DNA from: an uncultured Clostridium sp.
GTDB taxonomy: Bacteria > Bacillota > Clostridia > TANB77 > CAG-465
Direction of reading: 5' to 3'
DNA length: 64,000 nucleotides
Assembly (NCBI GenBank): GCA_947361355.1
Contig: CANAIR010000004.1
Span: 17,226-81,225, forward strand
Shown one piece after another: positions 1 to 10,198 of the stretch; position 1 is the first letter of the stretch, and every line of letters begins with the position of its first letter. The translations under genes and the position numbers were made by a program. Below the pieces are notes generated by a model, which saw nothing but the letters and a program-made list of their open reading frames with translations, did no database searches and had not been told where the DNA came from.

Positions 1-390
1 TTTAATCCCATAAATATCAAATAATGCTTGAAGTTTACCATTTTCTCCTATTGAGCCGTGTAAAGCCATAAATACAATATCAGCATTAATACATAAATCA
101 ATTACACCTTCACCTATTAAACTATTTTTATTACTTTTATACGCTTCTTGTTTTATTTTTTCAAGATCTGGTTCGTTACTTGAAATTTTATACGAATAAT
201 ACCTATTCATTTTAATATTTCTATATTCAGGTTCAAAATCTTTACTGTTTATACCAAAATACAAATCAAGTAACATAACATCGTGTCCGCTTTTCATCAA
301 AGAATTAGCTATTAAAGATCCTGATGCTAAAGAAACCTCTCTTTCAGGACTTAATCCACCTGCTAAAACTATAATTTTCAAATTTACCAT
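1..390 (-). CDS. ddl: D-alanine--D-alanine ligase, N-terminal part (gene continues past the left edge)
   Basis: Own translation of minus strand from ATG 388-390: MVNLKIIVLAGGLSPEREVSLASGSLIANSLMKSGHDVMLLDLYFG..., the classic Ddl N-terminus (VLxGGxSxEREVSLxSG). TTG 379-381 is an alternative start. Confidence 0.8.
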   Translation of the reverse strand, partial: MVNLKIIVLAGGLSPEREVSLASGSLIANSLMKSGHDVMLLDLYFGINSKDFEPEYRNIKMNRYYSYKISSNEPDLEKIKQEAYKSNKNSLIGEGVIDLCINADIVFMALHGSIGENGKLQALFDIYGIK

Positions 391-432
391 TCCTTTCAAA
401 GGATCTTTTATTTATATAAATTATAACTAATT

Positions 433-1935
433 TTATTCTACTTCATCATCATCTGTTTCAACATTTTGTCTTGGCTTAAGTAATGGATATAACACAACAT
501 CTCTGATGTTATAACTATTAGTTAAAAATTGTAAAAATCTATCAATACCAAGTCCCCATCCAGAAATTGGAGGCATACCAAATTCCATAGCTTTGATGTA
601 TTCATGGTCAATTGACATAGCTTCTTCATCACCATTTTCTTTTAATTTATTTTGTTCAATAAATCTTCTTTCTTGTTCCCTAGCATCAACTAGTTCTGAA
701 TATCCATTAATTATTTCTTGACCATTAACAATTAGTTGAAATCTATCAGTAAGTGATGAATCTTCATCATTAGCTCTTGCAAGGGGTGACAAGTCTATTG
801 GATGCTTAGTTAAAAAGGTTGGATTTACTATTTTAGGTCTACTAACTTTTTTATATAATTGATCTATTAAATTTCCTCTTCCTAAAGATTCTATATTTTC
901 CTCATCTAACTCAATATTATTTCTTTTAATTTCATTTAATAACTCAGCAGCAGTTTTATATTTATCTATGTCAATACCACAATCTTTTATCAATAACTCT
1001 CTAAATGATACTACCTTCCATTCGCATCCAAAATCAATTAAATTATCACCTATTTGTACTTTCAAATCACCGTTAAATAAATTAGATATAATATATGTTA
1101 TCATTTCTTGCATAAGTTTCATATTATCTTCATAATTATAATATGCACTATAGCCTTCAATCATAGTGAAATCTTGTAAATGATTTACACTTATTCCTTC
1201 ATTTCTAAAATCTCTTGCAATTTCAAATATATTTGTAAATCCACCTATTATTAATTTTTTTAATGTTAGTTCAGGTGAAATTCTTAAAAACACATCTGTA
1301 TCATATGTATTATGATGAGTTACAAATGGTCTAGCTGTTGCACCAGAAGCAGTATTTTGAAGAACAGGCGTTTCAACTTCAATAAAACCTTTTGAATCTA
1401 AAAAGTCTCTCATCAATTTTATAAATTTTGATCTTAATAAAAATCTTTTTTTTGTTTCTTCATTCATAATTAAATCCAGATGTCTTTCTCTGTACAATAT
1501 TTCTCTATTAGTTACACCATGGAATTTTTCTGGAAGTGGTCTTAAAGATTTTCCTAAAAACTCATATGAAGACACTCTTATTGTTTGTTCCCCTGTTTGT
1601 GTTTTAAATATTTCTCCTCCAACTCCAATAAAATCTCCAACATCTAAAGTATCGTGAATAAGTTTATACTTTTCTTCACCCATTTCATCTTTTTTTATAC
1701 AAAGTTGAATATGACCTTCTACATCTCTTAAATCAAGAAAGCTTATTTTTCCCATTTTTCTTTTTGACATAACACGCCCTGCAACAAATACATCTTTTGT
1801 TCCAACTTCTAAAGACATAGCCTCTTTTATACTATATGTTCTTTCAAATTTTTCAGGATGAGTTATTATTCCTTCTTGTTTTAATTTTTCTTCTTTTTCC
1901 TCACGTATTTTTGTTAATTCACTTTTTATCTCCAT
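433..1935 (-). CDS. lysS: lysine--tRNA ligase (class II)
   Basis: 500-aa ORF. OB-fold region (GRVMSKRKMGKISFLDLRD) and class II core (FIEVETPVLQ, FRNEGIS, GWGLGIDR). GGGGGA RBS upstream. Confidence 0.95.
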   Translation of the reverse strand: MEIKSELTKIREEKEEKLKQEGIITHPEKFERTYSIKEAMSLEVGTKDVFVAGRVMSKRKMGKISFLDLRDVEGHIQLCIKKDEMGEEKYKLIHDTLDVGDFIGVGGEIFKTQTGEQTIRVSSYEFLGKSLRPLPEKFHGVTNREILYRERHLDLIMNEETKKRFLLRSKFIKLMRDFLDSKGFIEVETPVLQNTASGATARPFVTHHNTYDTDVFLRISPELTLKKLIIGGFTNIFEIARDFRNEGISVNHLQDFTMIEGYSAYYNYEDNMKLMQEMITYIISNLFNGDLKVQIGDNLIDFGCEWKVVSFRELLIKDCGIDIDKYKTAAELLNEIKRNNIELDEENIESLGRGNLIDQLYKKVSRPKIVNPTFLTKHPIDLSPLARANDEDSSLTDRFQLIVNGQEIINGYSELVDAREQERRFIEQNKLKENGDEEAMSIDHEYIKAMEFGMPPISGWGLGIDRFLQFLTNSYNIRDVVLYPLLKPRQNVETDDDEVE

Positions 1936-1972
1936 TTTTTTCCCCCATCATTTTTATATTTTCTGTATATTA

Positions 1973-2449
1973 TTATAATTTTTCAATTGAAAGAATTTTA
2001 AATTTCATTATTCCACCTGGTGTTTCAACTTCAACTTCTTCACCTTTTTTCTTTCCTATTAGAGCTTTTCCTACTGGTGATTCATTTGATATTTTATTTT
2101 CAGAAATATTTACCTCAGTGGCACCAACAATACCGTATGACACATCTTCATCAAATTCATAATCGTGTACTTTAACTAAAGTACCAACTCCTGCTACCCT
2201 TGTAGAAACTTTATCTTCTACAACCTTTGCAAGCCTTAGTGTATTTTCCATTTCTTGTATCTTAGCTTCAAGTAAAGCTTGTTCATTTTTTGCATCATCA
2301 TATTCAGAGTTTTCAGAAAGATCACCAAATTCTCTTGCTACTTTTATTCTTTCTGCCACTTCCATTTTCTTTGGTCCTTTCAAATATTTTAATTCTTCCT
2401 CTAATTTATTTAAACCTTCTTGTGTAAGTAAAATTTCTCTTTCTTCCAT
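1973..2449 (-). CDS. greA: transcription elongation factor GreA
   Basis: 158-aa ORF. N-terminal coiled-coil (LTQEGLNKLEEELKYLK...FGDLSENSEYDDAK) plus C-terminal globular domain typical of GreA. AGGAGGA RBS. Confidence 0.93.
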   Translation of the reverse strand: MEEREILLTQEGLNKLEEELKYLKGPKKMEVAERIKVAREFGDLSENSEYDDAKNEQALLEAKIQEMENTLRLAKVVEDKVSTRVAGVGTLVKVHDYEFDEDVSYGIVGATEVNISENKISNESPVGKALIGKKKGEEVEVETPGGIMKFKILSIEKL

Positions 2450-2485
2450 TTTATCTTTCCTCCTATTAATTATATTTATTATACA

Positions 2486-3445
2486 CTATATGTCAAGAAG
2501 TGCTGTCTCTTCCTCATCTTCTAACATTAAAGCTCCTAATTTATTTTTACTATAATGTTCTAGTTCTACTCCTATTCTATTAAATAATGTTTCAATATTA
2601 TATTTATACTTTTCATAAGCTTTAAAATTTAAATTTAGAATATCTTCTTCCTCATCATTCATATATAACACTTTAGATTTTTTCCTTAAAATATAATGTG
2701 ATTTAAACTCATCTTTATTTATTTTACTATATACTAAATATACATTATATTCTTGTATATTTCTTCTTTGAGTTATTTCAATTGTTGAACCATATTCATT
2801 ATTTATTTTATCTATACTTTCATTTAAATGTTTATATCTTCTTTTATCAATCCCAGCCATCTTTAAAACATCAACATACTTATATTTAGATATATATTCA
2901 ATCATCTTTTTATCTGAATAATCCTCAATATTATCAAGAGCAACTAATATTTTTAATTTATTTGGATTTATATTAGATTTTTTTATGTACTCATCAATAT
3001 ATTTAACATCGTTAATGTTCATTTTATTACTTATAACTATTTCTTTTAAATTTATTCCTTTAATACTACTCAATATTTTTAATATATATTTTTTACAAAC
3101 TTCATTATCTTTTTCATCTAATTTTTTACTAAAAACTAAATTTAGCGAATCTACTTTTTTTAATTTTGATTTTAAAATAATTTCAAATGTCTTCTTAAAA
3201 ACTATATTTACTTTATTATTTGAAAGTCCTTTCAATAATTCTAAATCTATATTTAATTTCATATTGTTATAAAAACAGCCATGTGACATTATATCATTTT
3301 TAACCTCGAAACCACTTATTTTTGAAAGTAATGATGTAGACTCTTTATATTTTTGATTATTTTCCTTTTCAATTTTAATTTCTTTAAATAACTTTTTTTC
3401 TCCAATATTTTTAAAATTCTCTACATCTATAAAAAGAGTATTCAT
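2486..3445 (-). CDS. hypothetical cytoplasmic protein (319 aa), no family recognised
   Basis: Long ORF with GGGGGA RBS, Lys/Asn/Glu-rich, no TM helix or signal peptide. It sits directly downstream of cdaA, where cdaR is normally found. Confidence 0.7.
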   Translation of the reverse strand: MNTLFIDVENFKNIGEKKLFKEIKIEKENNQKYKESTSLLSKISGFEVKNDIMSHGCFYNNMKLNIDLELLKGLSNNKVNIVFKKTFEIILKSKLKKVDSLNLVFSKKLDEKDNEVCKKYILKILSSIKGINLKEIVISNKMNINDVKYIDEYIKKSNINPNKLKILVALDNIEDYSDKKMIEYISKYKYVDVLKMAGIDKRRYKHLNESIDKINNEYGSTIEITQRRNIQEYNVYLVYSKINKDEFKSHYILRKKSKVLYMNDEEEDILNLNFKAYEKYKYNIETLFNRIGVELEHYSKNKLGALMLEDEEETALLDI

Positions 3446-3519
3446 ATATTTTCCCCCAATCTGTCTTAAGGATATATATGAATATTATCTATATTATATT
3501 CCAAATAATTAAAAATTTA

Positions 3520-4377
3520 CTATTTTTTTACAATAGTTTTTATAACATTAGCATTTCTGGTTCTATCCATCTTTTTTAATAACAAACTTTTTAATTCATC
3601 TCCATTTAACTCTCGTATGAAATTTCCTGATTCAACAAGAGAAATTATACCAGTTTCTTCTGATACTACTATTACAATTGCATCGGATATTTCTGTAATT
3701 CCTGCAGCCGCTCTATGTCTAGTACCAAGGCTTTTTGGTACTGTTACCTCTGATGCAAGTGGCAATATACATTTTGCAGACAGTATTTTATTTTTATTTA
3801 TTATAATAGCTCCATCATGAAGAGGAGTTCTTGGCATAAATATATTTTGTATCAATTCAGATGATACATTAGAATCTATATTTATTCCTTCCTTTAAAAC
3901 ATCCGAAATTTTAGTTTGTCTTTCAAGTACAATTAAAGCACCAATTTGTTTTAAAGAGAGTATTTCAACGGCTTTTACAATTTCTGATATAGAATGTTTA
4001 ACATAAATATTTTCATCCATATCAAATACATCAACTATTCTTCTTCTTCCAATTCTTTCAAAAACATTTCTAAGTTCTGGTTGAAATACCACTATTATTA
4101 AAAGTATTCCATATGTCATAAAATTAGTAAGAATAAAATCAAGTATTACCATATTAAAGGCTTTTGCAACAACTGAAAGAATTATTAGGAAAAAAACACC
4201 TTTAAATATATTGCTAGCTCTTGTTTTTTTAATAAGTCTATAAACATAAATACACAATAAACTTACTATTGTAATATCAACTATTAATATCAAAACTCTT
4301 GATGGAGTTGATACATCTAGCATTGCAATAAACTCATTCATTCCCATTAGAAAGTCATTAGTTAAATTTTGTAACAT
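3520..4377 (-). CDS. cdaA: diadenylate cyclase CdaA (c-di-AMP synthase)
   Basis: 285 aa. N-terminal TM helices followed by DAC-domain motifs (TPLHDGAIII, LGTRHRAAAG, VVSEETG). Confidence 0.9.
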   Translation of the reverse strand: MLQNLTNDFLMGMNEFIAMLDVSTPSRVLILIVDITIVSLLCIYVYRLIKKTRASNIFKGVFFLIILSVVAKAFNMVILDFILTNFMTYGILLIIVVFQPELRNVFERIGRRRIVDVFDMDENIYVKHSISEIVKAVEILSLKQIGALIVLERQTKISDVLKEGINIDSNVSSELIQNIFMPRTPLHDGAIIINKNKILSAKCILPLASEVTVPKSLGTRHRAAAGITEISDAIVIVVSEETGIISLVESGNFIRELNGDELKSLLLKKMDRTRNANVIKTIVKK

Positions 4378-4407
4378 AGTTTATAACTCTCCTTTATCTT
4401 AAGTTAT

Positions 4408-4530
4408 CTATATTGTTTGTAAAGCTGCTATTAAATATGCAAAAACAGATGCTATCATTGATAATATTAAAATGCTTACTATAATATACTTTGCAATATT
4501 TGCACCTTTATTTTTCTTTTCTTTGCTCAT
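4408..4530 (-). CDS. 40-aa single-pass membrane micro-protein
   Basis: Not in the ORF track. Own translation: MSKEKKNKGANIAKYIIVSILILSMIASVFAYLIAALQTI, ATG 4528-4530 preceded by GGGGGAATAAT, stop TAG at 4408-4410. Confidence 0.5.
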   Translation of the reverse strand: MSKEKKNKGANIAKYIIVSILILSMIASVFAYLIAALQTI

Positions 4531-4560
4531 ATTATTCCCCCGTTATTATACTTTTTAGCA

Positions 4561-5925
4561 CTAAAAATGAAATTTATCTTCAAACCATTTATCTAGCTCA
4601 TTAATTTTTACTCTTACTTGCTCCATTGTATCTCTGTTACGAATAGTAACACAATTATCTTCTTCAGAATCAAAATCATAAGTTATACAATAAGGTGTTC
4701 CAATTTCATCTTGTCTTCTATATCTTTTACCAATACTTCCAGCCTCATCATAAAAGCACATAAATTTTTTAGATAATTGATCACATAACATTTGAGCTTT
4801 TTCACTTAACTTTTTTGATAATGGCAAAATAGCAACTTTATATGGTGCTATACTTGGATGTAAATGAAGCACTACCCTTACATCATCATCTTTTATTTGT
4901 TGTTCTTCATAAGAATCACACAGTATTGCAAGTGCTAATCTATCACACCCCATAGAAGCTTCTATAACATATGGAATAAATCTTTCAGAAGTTTCAACAT
5001 CCAAATACTCCATAGATTTATTACTAAATTCTTGATGTCTTGATAAATCATAATTAGTTCTATTATGTGTCCCACAAAGCTCATCCCAACCATGTGGATA
5101 TTTAAATTGTATATCGCATGCCTCTTTTGCATAATGTGCCAATTTTTCATGGTCCTTGAATCTTAAGTTTTCTTTATTAACCCCAAGATCAAGCAAAAAA
5201 TCCATTTGTTTTTGTTTATATTCTTTATAATAGTCAGAATCAGTGCCTTCTTTACAAAACCATTGATGCTCCATTTGTTCAAACTCTATTGTTCTAAATG
5301 TAAAATTTCCAGGTGTTATTTCATTTCTAAAAGCTTTTCCTATTTGACCTATACCAAAAGGGATCTTCTCCCTTGCAGTTCTTAGCACATTTAGGAAATT
5401 TACAAATTCACCTTGTGCTGTTTCAGGTCGTAAATAAACAATATCAGCATTTTCTTTAACAACACCTCTTCTTGTTTCAAACATTAAACCAAATTCTCTA
5501 ATTCCTGTATAATTAACTTTTCCACAATTAGGACATGGTATTTTATTTTCAACTATATAATCATAAAGTTCTTTATCATTTAAAGTATCTGGATTAATTT
5601 TATCTGTAAAACTTTCAATTAGTTTATCAGCTCTATGTCTTGTTTTACACTCCTTACAATCAATTAATGGATCAGAAAAACTATCTACATGCCCAGATGC
5701 TTTCCAAACAGTTGGATTCATTAAAATTGAAGCATCCACTCCATGACTATTTCTATTTTCTTGTATAAATCTTTTCCACCATGCTTTTTTTATATTATTT
5801 TTAAATTCTACACCTAAAGGACCATAATCCCACGTATTTGCAAGTCCACCATATATTTCAGAACCTGGATATATATATCCTCTATTTTTACAAAGTGCAA
5901 CCACTTTTTCCATTGAATCTACCAT
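4561..5925 (-). CDS. glyQS: glycine--tRNA ligase (homodimeric GlyQS type)
   Basis: 457-aa ORF with GYIYPGSEIYGGLANTWDYGPLGVEFKNNIKKAWW. The ORF opens at GTG 5934. ATG 5925 behind GGTGAT is my preferred start. Confidence 0.93.
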   Translation of the reverse strand: MVDSMEKVVALCKNRGYIYPGSEIYGGLANTWDYGPLGVEFKNNIKKAWWKRFIQENRNSHGVDASILMNPTVWKASGHVDSFSDPLIDCKECKTRHRADKLIESFTDKINPDTLNDKELYDYIVENKIPCPNCGKVNYTGIREFGLMFETRRGVVKENADIVYLRPETAQGEFVNFLNVLRTAREKIPFGIGQIGKAFRNEITPGNFTFRTIEFEQMEHQWFCKEGTDSDYYKEYKQKQMDFLLDLGVNKENLRFKDHEKLAHYAKEACDIQFKYPHGWDELCGTHNRTNYDLSRHQEFSNKSMEYLDVETSERFIPYVIEASMGCDRLALAILCDSYEEQQIKDDDVRVVLHLHPSIAPYKVAILPLSKKLSEKAQMLCDQLSKKFMCFYDEAGSIGKRYRRQDEIGTPYCITYDFDSEEDNCVTIRNRDTMEQVRVKINELDKWFEDKFHF

Positions 5926-5951
5926 TTCTATCACCCACTTTTGTATTATTT

Positions 5952-6734
5952 TTATTCTACAACTATATCCAAAACCCCATGTTTTTTATCTACAATTTCA
6001 TCTTCATTAAATAATATGTGTAGTTTTCCATCTTTTATGTAATAATTTTCAAGACCAGTTACAGTATACGAAAACACTTCTTCGGATTTATACCCTTTAT
6101 TTATTACATAACTTTTTACTGCATCATTTACCTTTAATTTATATTCTTTTCCAAACATCTCAAGCATAACTTCTGATTCATCTACAAGATTACCTGTTTC
6201 AAGATTAATATTATATGATTCAACTTTATCAGTTGTATTTTTCTTAGAAGCATCATCTATAATTCTTTGATAAATAGTAAGAGATAATATTTTTGCATTT
6301 CCAACTACGTTTTCATATTTATTATATGTTACTGTATATGTAAACTTATTTTCAGCTGACTTCATTTGTTCTTGTAAACTTTCAAACCTTGAAGTATACT
6401 CATTTTCTATTTTTTCATTTATTTGTGTTAAAGCTTCATTATTTACAAACACTTGTGGAATTGTAATATTTCCTTTTAGTTTTGTATTTTTTTTATCAGA
6501 TATAACTTTATCTTCTACTTTATATGAAACATCAACAAGAGTACTATCCTTACCTGATTTAGATACATCAACTAAACCTTGTATATCTGATTTTGATTTT
6601 CCAATTATTTCTGGTTCTTTTTCTTGTGATATAGCAAAATATATTAGACCACCACCAACTATTACAAACGCAAAGAAGCCAAATATTGCTCCTTTATAAC
6701 TTTTTTTATTTTCTTGATATCTCATTGTTTCCAT
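5952..6734 (-). CDS. membrane-anchored hypothetical protein (260 aa)
   Basis: Single N-terminal TM helix (GAIFGFFAFVIVGGGLIYFAI) then a soluble domain. GAGGGTGA RBS. No family recognised with confidence. Confidence 0.7.
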   Translation of the reverse strand: METMRYQENKKSYKGAIFGFFAFVIVGGGLIYFAISQEKEPEIIGKSKSDIQGLVDVSKSGKDSTLVDVSYKVEDKVISDKKNTKLKGNITIPQVFVNNEALTQINEKIENEYTSRFESLQEQMKSAENKFTYTVTYNKYENVVGNAKILSLTIYQRIIDDASKKNTTDKVESYNINLETGNLVDESEVMLEMFGKEYKLKVNDAVKSYVINKGYKSEEVFSYTVTGLENYYIKDGKLHILFNEDEIVDKKHGVLDIVVE

Positions 6735-6794
6735 TTTTTATCACCCTCGTATGTATTGTACTATATTTTTACATTTTTTTCAATATTTAATAAT

Positions 6795-7193
6795 TTATTT
6801 ATCATATTTGTCTAATTTTTTTCTACCTTGTAAATCTTTTTTCATAAGTACAAGAAAGTTTTGCTTTTTAAAATCAAATTCTTTTTCATAATACTCAACT
6901 TTTTCTGGCCTTGATTCTATATATAGTCTTACATAATCTTTATACTTTTCAATTACCATGTTCATTAATTTGGTTCCTATGCCATTATTTCTGTATTCTG
7001 GTAATACTACTAAATAATGGACATGAACAGTTATACCACCATCAGCAATTACTTGAACTATTCCAACTAATTTATTTTCATCCCATGCTGTAAACACATC
7101 AGTTGATAAACTTAACGCTCTTTTTAATATTTTTGTATCTTTTGTACTTAACCAATCAAGAGGGTTAAAAATATTTTCTAAATTTTTTTTCAT
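6795..7193 (-). CDS. GNAT family N-acetyltransferase
   Basis: 132 aa with acetyl-CoA binding motif (VLPEYRNNGIGTKLMN). Confidence 0.8.
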   Translation of the reverse strand: MKKNLENIFNPLDWLSTKDTKILKRALSLSTDVFTAWDENKLVGIVQVIADGGITVHVHYLVVLPEYRNNGIGTKLMNMVIEKYKDYVRLYIESRPEKVEYYEKEFDFKKQNFLVLMKKDLQGRKKLDKYDK

Positions 7194-7239
7194 CTATGTT
7201 TTTTTCATATTTATACGTTATAATCATTTTTTTATTTTC

Positions 7240-8055
7240 CTACTTTCTTATAGATTTTACATTAATGTTTATTCCAAATAAATTAATTCCAGTTGCTTTA
7301 TCAATTGCATAAATTACTACATTATTTATCTCACTACTAAGCTTTGGTATGCTTTTTCCAAAAGTAACCTCGATATCTATATCTACTTTCATTCCGTCAC
7401 TATATTTTAAAGTCGATACTCTAAATACTTTTGAAACTCCATCAATTTTTTCTACAACATAAGATACTATACTATTTATAACATTATCAGATATTATATA
7501 ATTTCCCAAGTAACTATATGTTGGTCTAATTATTGTTTTTTCAGATTCTTGTTCACTATTACCATCTTTATTAAAAAAATCAAATATTCTAAGTGAATCT
7601 AAAAAATAACCTGAAAATTGTTTCTTTATTTCAAATGTAGGAACTGGGACAACGTGTTTACCATCTTCTACTCTAGACTTTCTTGCTATTTTGATTTGAT
7701 CTTCCGAAGCTATATCTTGTATATATACAGTTTTATAAATTTCACCAAGTTCCAAATGCGTAGCAATTTTTTCTACCATATCGTCAGATGTTCCAAGAAT
7801 AAGTATTTTATCTGGATTTTCCTTTTTTATTACAGATTTCATTTCATTTCTTCTATCTTCATTTAAGAAAATGGCAGCCTTAACAGAAGCTATAAAGTTA
7901 GCTTCTGTTTTAGCTGATTTACCTGCAATAACTTTTGTATTTTTAATTAAAATAGCATCATCTATAATATAATGTATATCATTTTTCTTTGCTACCTCTT
8001 GTGCATTATAACTTTTTCCTGTACCTGTTTTACCTACAAATGCGTAAACTTGCAT
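7240..8055 (-). CDS. P-loop NTPase domain fused to an Asp23/alkaline-shock-like domain
   Basis: 271 aa. Walker A at the N-terminus (FVGKTGTGKSY). The C-terminal ~100 aa resemble Asp23-family proteins (ISDNVINSIVSYVVEKIDGVSKV...VDIDIEVTFG...). Confidence 0.65.
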   Translation of the reverse strand: MQVYAFVGKTGTGKSYNAQEVAKKNDIHYIIDDAILIKNTKVIAGKSAKTEANFIASVKAAIFLNEDRRNEMKSVIKKENPDKILILGTSDDMVEKIATHLELGEIYKTVYIQDIASEDQIKIARKSRVEDGKHVVPVPTFEIKKQFSGYFLDSLRIFDFFNKDGNSEQESEKTIIRPTYSYLGNYIISDNVINSIVSYVVEKIDGVSKVFRVSTLKYSDGMKVDIDIEVTFGKSIPKLSSEINNVVIYAIDKATGINLFGININVKSIRK

Positions 8056-8064
8056 GTTTCACCT

Positions 8065-10170
8065 CTAAACTCTCATAAGATCTTTTGCAGTCAAACTAAA
8101 CTTATCGTCATTTCCTATTTCAGTTACTTTTACCAAAATATCATCACCTACTGTTAATACATCTTCAACTTTTTTAATTCTTTCATTAGATATTTTTGAT
8201 ATATGAAGCAAACCTTCTTTTCCAGGTAAAATTTCTACCAAAGCACCAAATTGCAATATTTTAGTTACTTTTCCCATATATACCCTATTTAACTCAACTT
8301 CTGCTGTTATATCTTCAATTGTTTTTATTGCTTGATCTAATTTTTCTTGTTCAACACCAGAAACAAATATAGTTCCATCATCCTCAATATCAATTTTTAC
8401 ACCAGTTTCTTCAATTATCTTATTTATAACCTTTCCACCAGTACCAATTACATCCCTTATCTTATCAGGATTTATTTTTATTGTTTCTATCTTTGGAGCA
8501 TATTTTGATAAATTTTGTCTTGGCTTATCTATTGCCTTTAGCATTACTTCATCCAATATATACTTTCTTGCTTTTTTAGTTCTTGCAAAAGCTTCTTCTA
8601 TTATTTCATATGTTAAACCATCTATTTTAATGTCAACTTGTATAGCAGTTATTCCATTTTTTGTTCCTGCAACTTTAAAATCCATATCTCCAAAAAAATC
8701 TTCAATTCCTTGTATATCTGTTACCATTATATAATCTGTTGAATCTCCAGGTTTTGTAAATAACCCTGTTGAAATTCCTGCAACTGGCTCTTTTATTGGT
8801 ACACCTGCATCCATAAGTGCAAGTGTAGAACCACATATACTTCCTTGAGATGTAGAACCATTTGAACTCAATACTTCTGATACTACTCTTATTGTATATG
8901 GAAATTCTTCTTTTGATGGAATTACTGGTTCTAATGCTCTTTCTGCTAAAGCACCATGTCCTATTTCACGTCTACCAGGTCCACGTGCAGGTCTTGCTTC
9001 ACCTACACTATATGGTGGGAAATTATAATGATGAATATATCTTTTTGTTACCTCCTCATCAAGACCATCAAAAGTTTGTTCTTCAGATATACTACCTAAT
9101 GTTACCATAGATAACACTTGAGTAAGTCCACGTGAAAATAAAGCACTTCCGTGAACCCTTTCAAATAAACCAACCTCTGCACTAAGCTCTCTTATTTCAT
9201 CAAGTCCACGTCCATCAACTCTTTTAGATTCTTCTATAACTAAAGATCTTACAGCCATTTTTTCTGCTTTATATAAAGCTTCACTAATCATTGATTTATT
9301 TTCATCATACAACTCTTGACCATATTTTTTTATATATTCTTCTTTTACAAACTCATTTACTTTTGATACATTTTCATCTCTTTGATTTTTATCTTTTGTT
9401 TGCACAGCTAATTTAAATTTTTCAGTTGCAATACTTGCAATAAATTCTTTTAAATCTTGTGGCACTTCAAAAGATTTATACTCTACCTTTTTCTTTCCTA
9501 CTTCTGATTTTATATTATCTATAAACTTACAAAGTCCTTTAATTTCTTCATGTGCAAGTTTAATAGCCTCTAACATTTTTTCATCTGGTACTTGGTCAGC
9601 GCCTGCTTCTATCATACAAACTTTTTCAGGAGTTGCTGATACTGTTAAATCTAGTTTTGATTTTTCTCTTTGTTCTAAATTAGGATTTAATACTAATTCA
9701 TCGTTAACTAATCCTACTTTTGTTGTACCTACTAATACATCAAATGGAATATCTGATATATTTAATGCAATAGACGCTCCAATTGAAGCTGGCACTTCTG
9801 GCAGTATATCTGGATCTACTGCTAAAACTAAAACATTTATACTTGTATCATTTCTATAATCTTTTGGAAATAATGGACGCATTGGTCTATCAATAACACG
9901 AGAAACAAGTATTGCTTTTGTTGTTGGTCTTCCCTCCCTTTTAATATATCCTCCTGGAATTTTACCAACTGCATAAAGCCTTTCCTCATAATCTACTGAT
10001 AATGGTAAAAAATCAATTCCCTCTCTTGGTTCTTTTGACATAGTTACATTTACTAAAACAGCTGTATCACCATATCTTACAAGGCAAGATCCATTAGCAA
10101 GACCAGCCATTTTTCCTGTTTCAACAATAAGTTTTCTACCTGCAAAGGTAGTTTCAAATTTTTTATACAT
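8065..10170 (-). CDS. pnp: polyribonucleotide nucleotidyltransferase (PNPase)
   Basis: 701 aa. Two RNase PH-like domains, then KH (GTGGKVINKIIEETG) and S1 (GKVTKILQFGALVEILPGKEGLLHIS) domains. GGGAGGA RBS. Confidence 0.96.
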   Translation of the reverse strand: MYKKFETTFAGRKLIVETGKMAGLANGSCLVRYGDTAVLVNVTMSKEPREGIDFLPLSVDYEERLYAVGKIPGGYIKREGRPTTKAILVSRVIDRPMRPLFPKDYRNDTSINVLVLAVDPDILPEVPASIGASIALNISDIPFDVLVGTTKVGLVNDELVLNPNLEQREKSKLDLTVSATPEKVCMIEAGADQVPDEKMLEAIKLAHEEIKGLCKFIDNIKSEVGKKKVEYKSFEVPQDLKEFIASIATEKFKLAVQTKDKNQRDENVSKVNEFVKEEYIKKYGQELYDENKSMISEALYKAEKMAVRSLVIEESKRVDGRGLDEIRELSAEVGLFERVHGSALFSRGLTQVLSMVTLGSISEEQTFDGLDEEVTKRYIHHYNFPPYSVGEARPARGPGRREIGHGALAERALEPVIPSKEEFPYTIRVVSEVLSSNGSTSQGSICGSTLALMDAGVPIKEPVAGISTGLFTKPGDSTDYIMVTDIQGIEDFFGDMDFKVAGTKNGITAIQVDIKIDGLTYEIIEEAFARTKKARKYILDEVMLKAIDKPRQNLSKYAPKIETIKINPDKIRDVIGTGGKVINKIIEETGVKIDIEDDGTIFVSGVEQEKLDQAIKTIEDITAEVELNRVYMGKVTKILQFGALVEILPGKEGLLHISKISNERIKKVEDVLTVGDDILVKVTEIGNDDKFSLTAKDLMRV

Positions 10171-10198
10171 AATTTTTCCTCCCTTATAAAATTAAAGG

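Noticed and set aside
1936-1972. T-box or other riboswitch leaders were expected upstream of lysS, and likewise upstream of glyQS (5926-5951).
   Set aside because: The gaps to the upstream genes are only about 37 and 26 nt, too short for any riboswitch. Both genes appear to be co-transcribed with their neighbours.
4962-5150. Short same-strand ORFs nested in other frames of glyQS (4962-5150) and of the GT2 gene (30655-30861).
   Set aside because: They are fully contained in well-supported genes, have no RBS, and have implausible composition.
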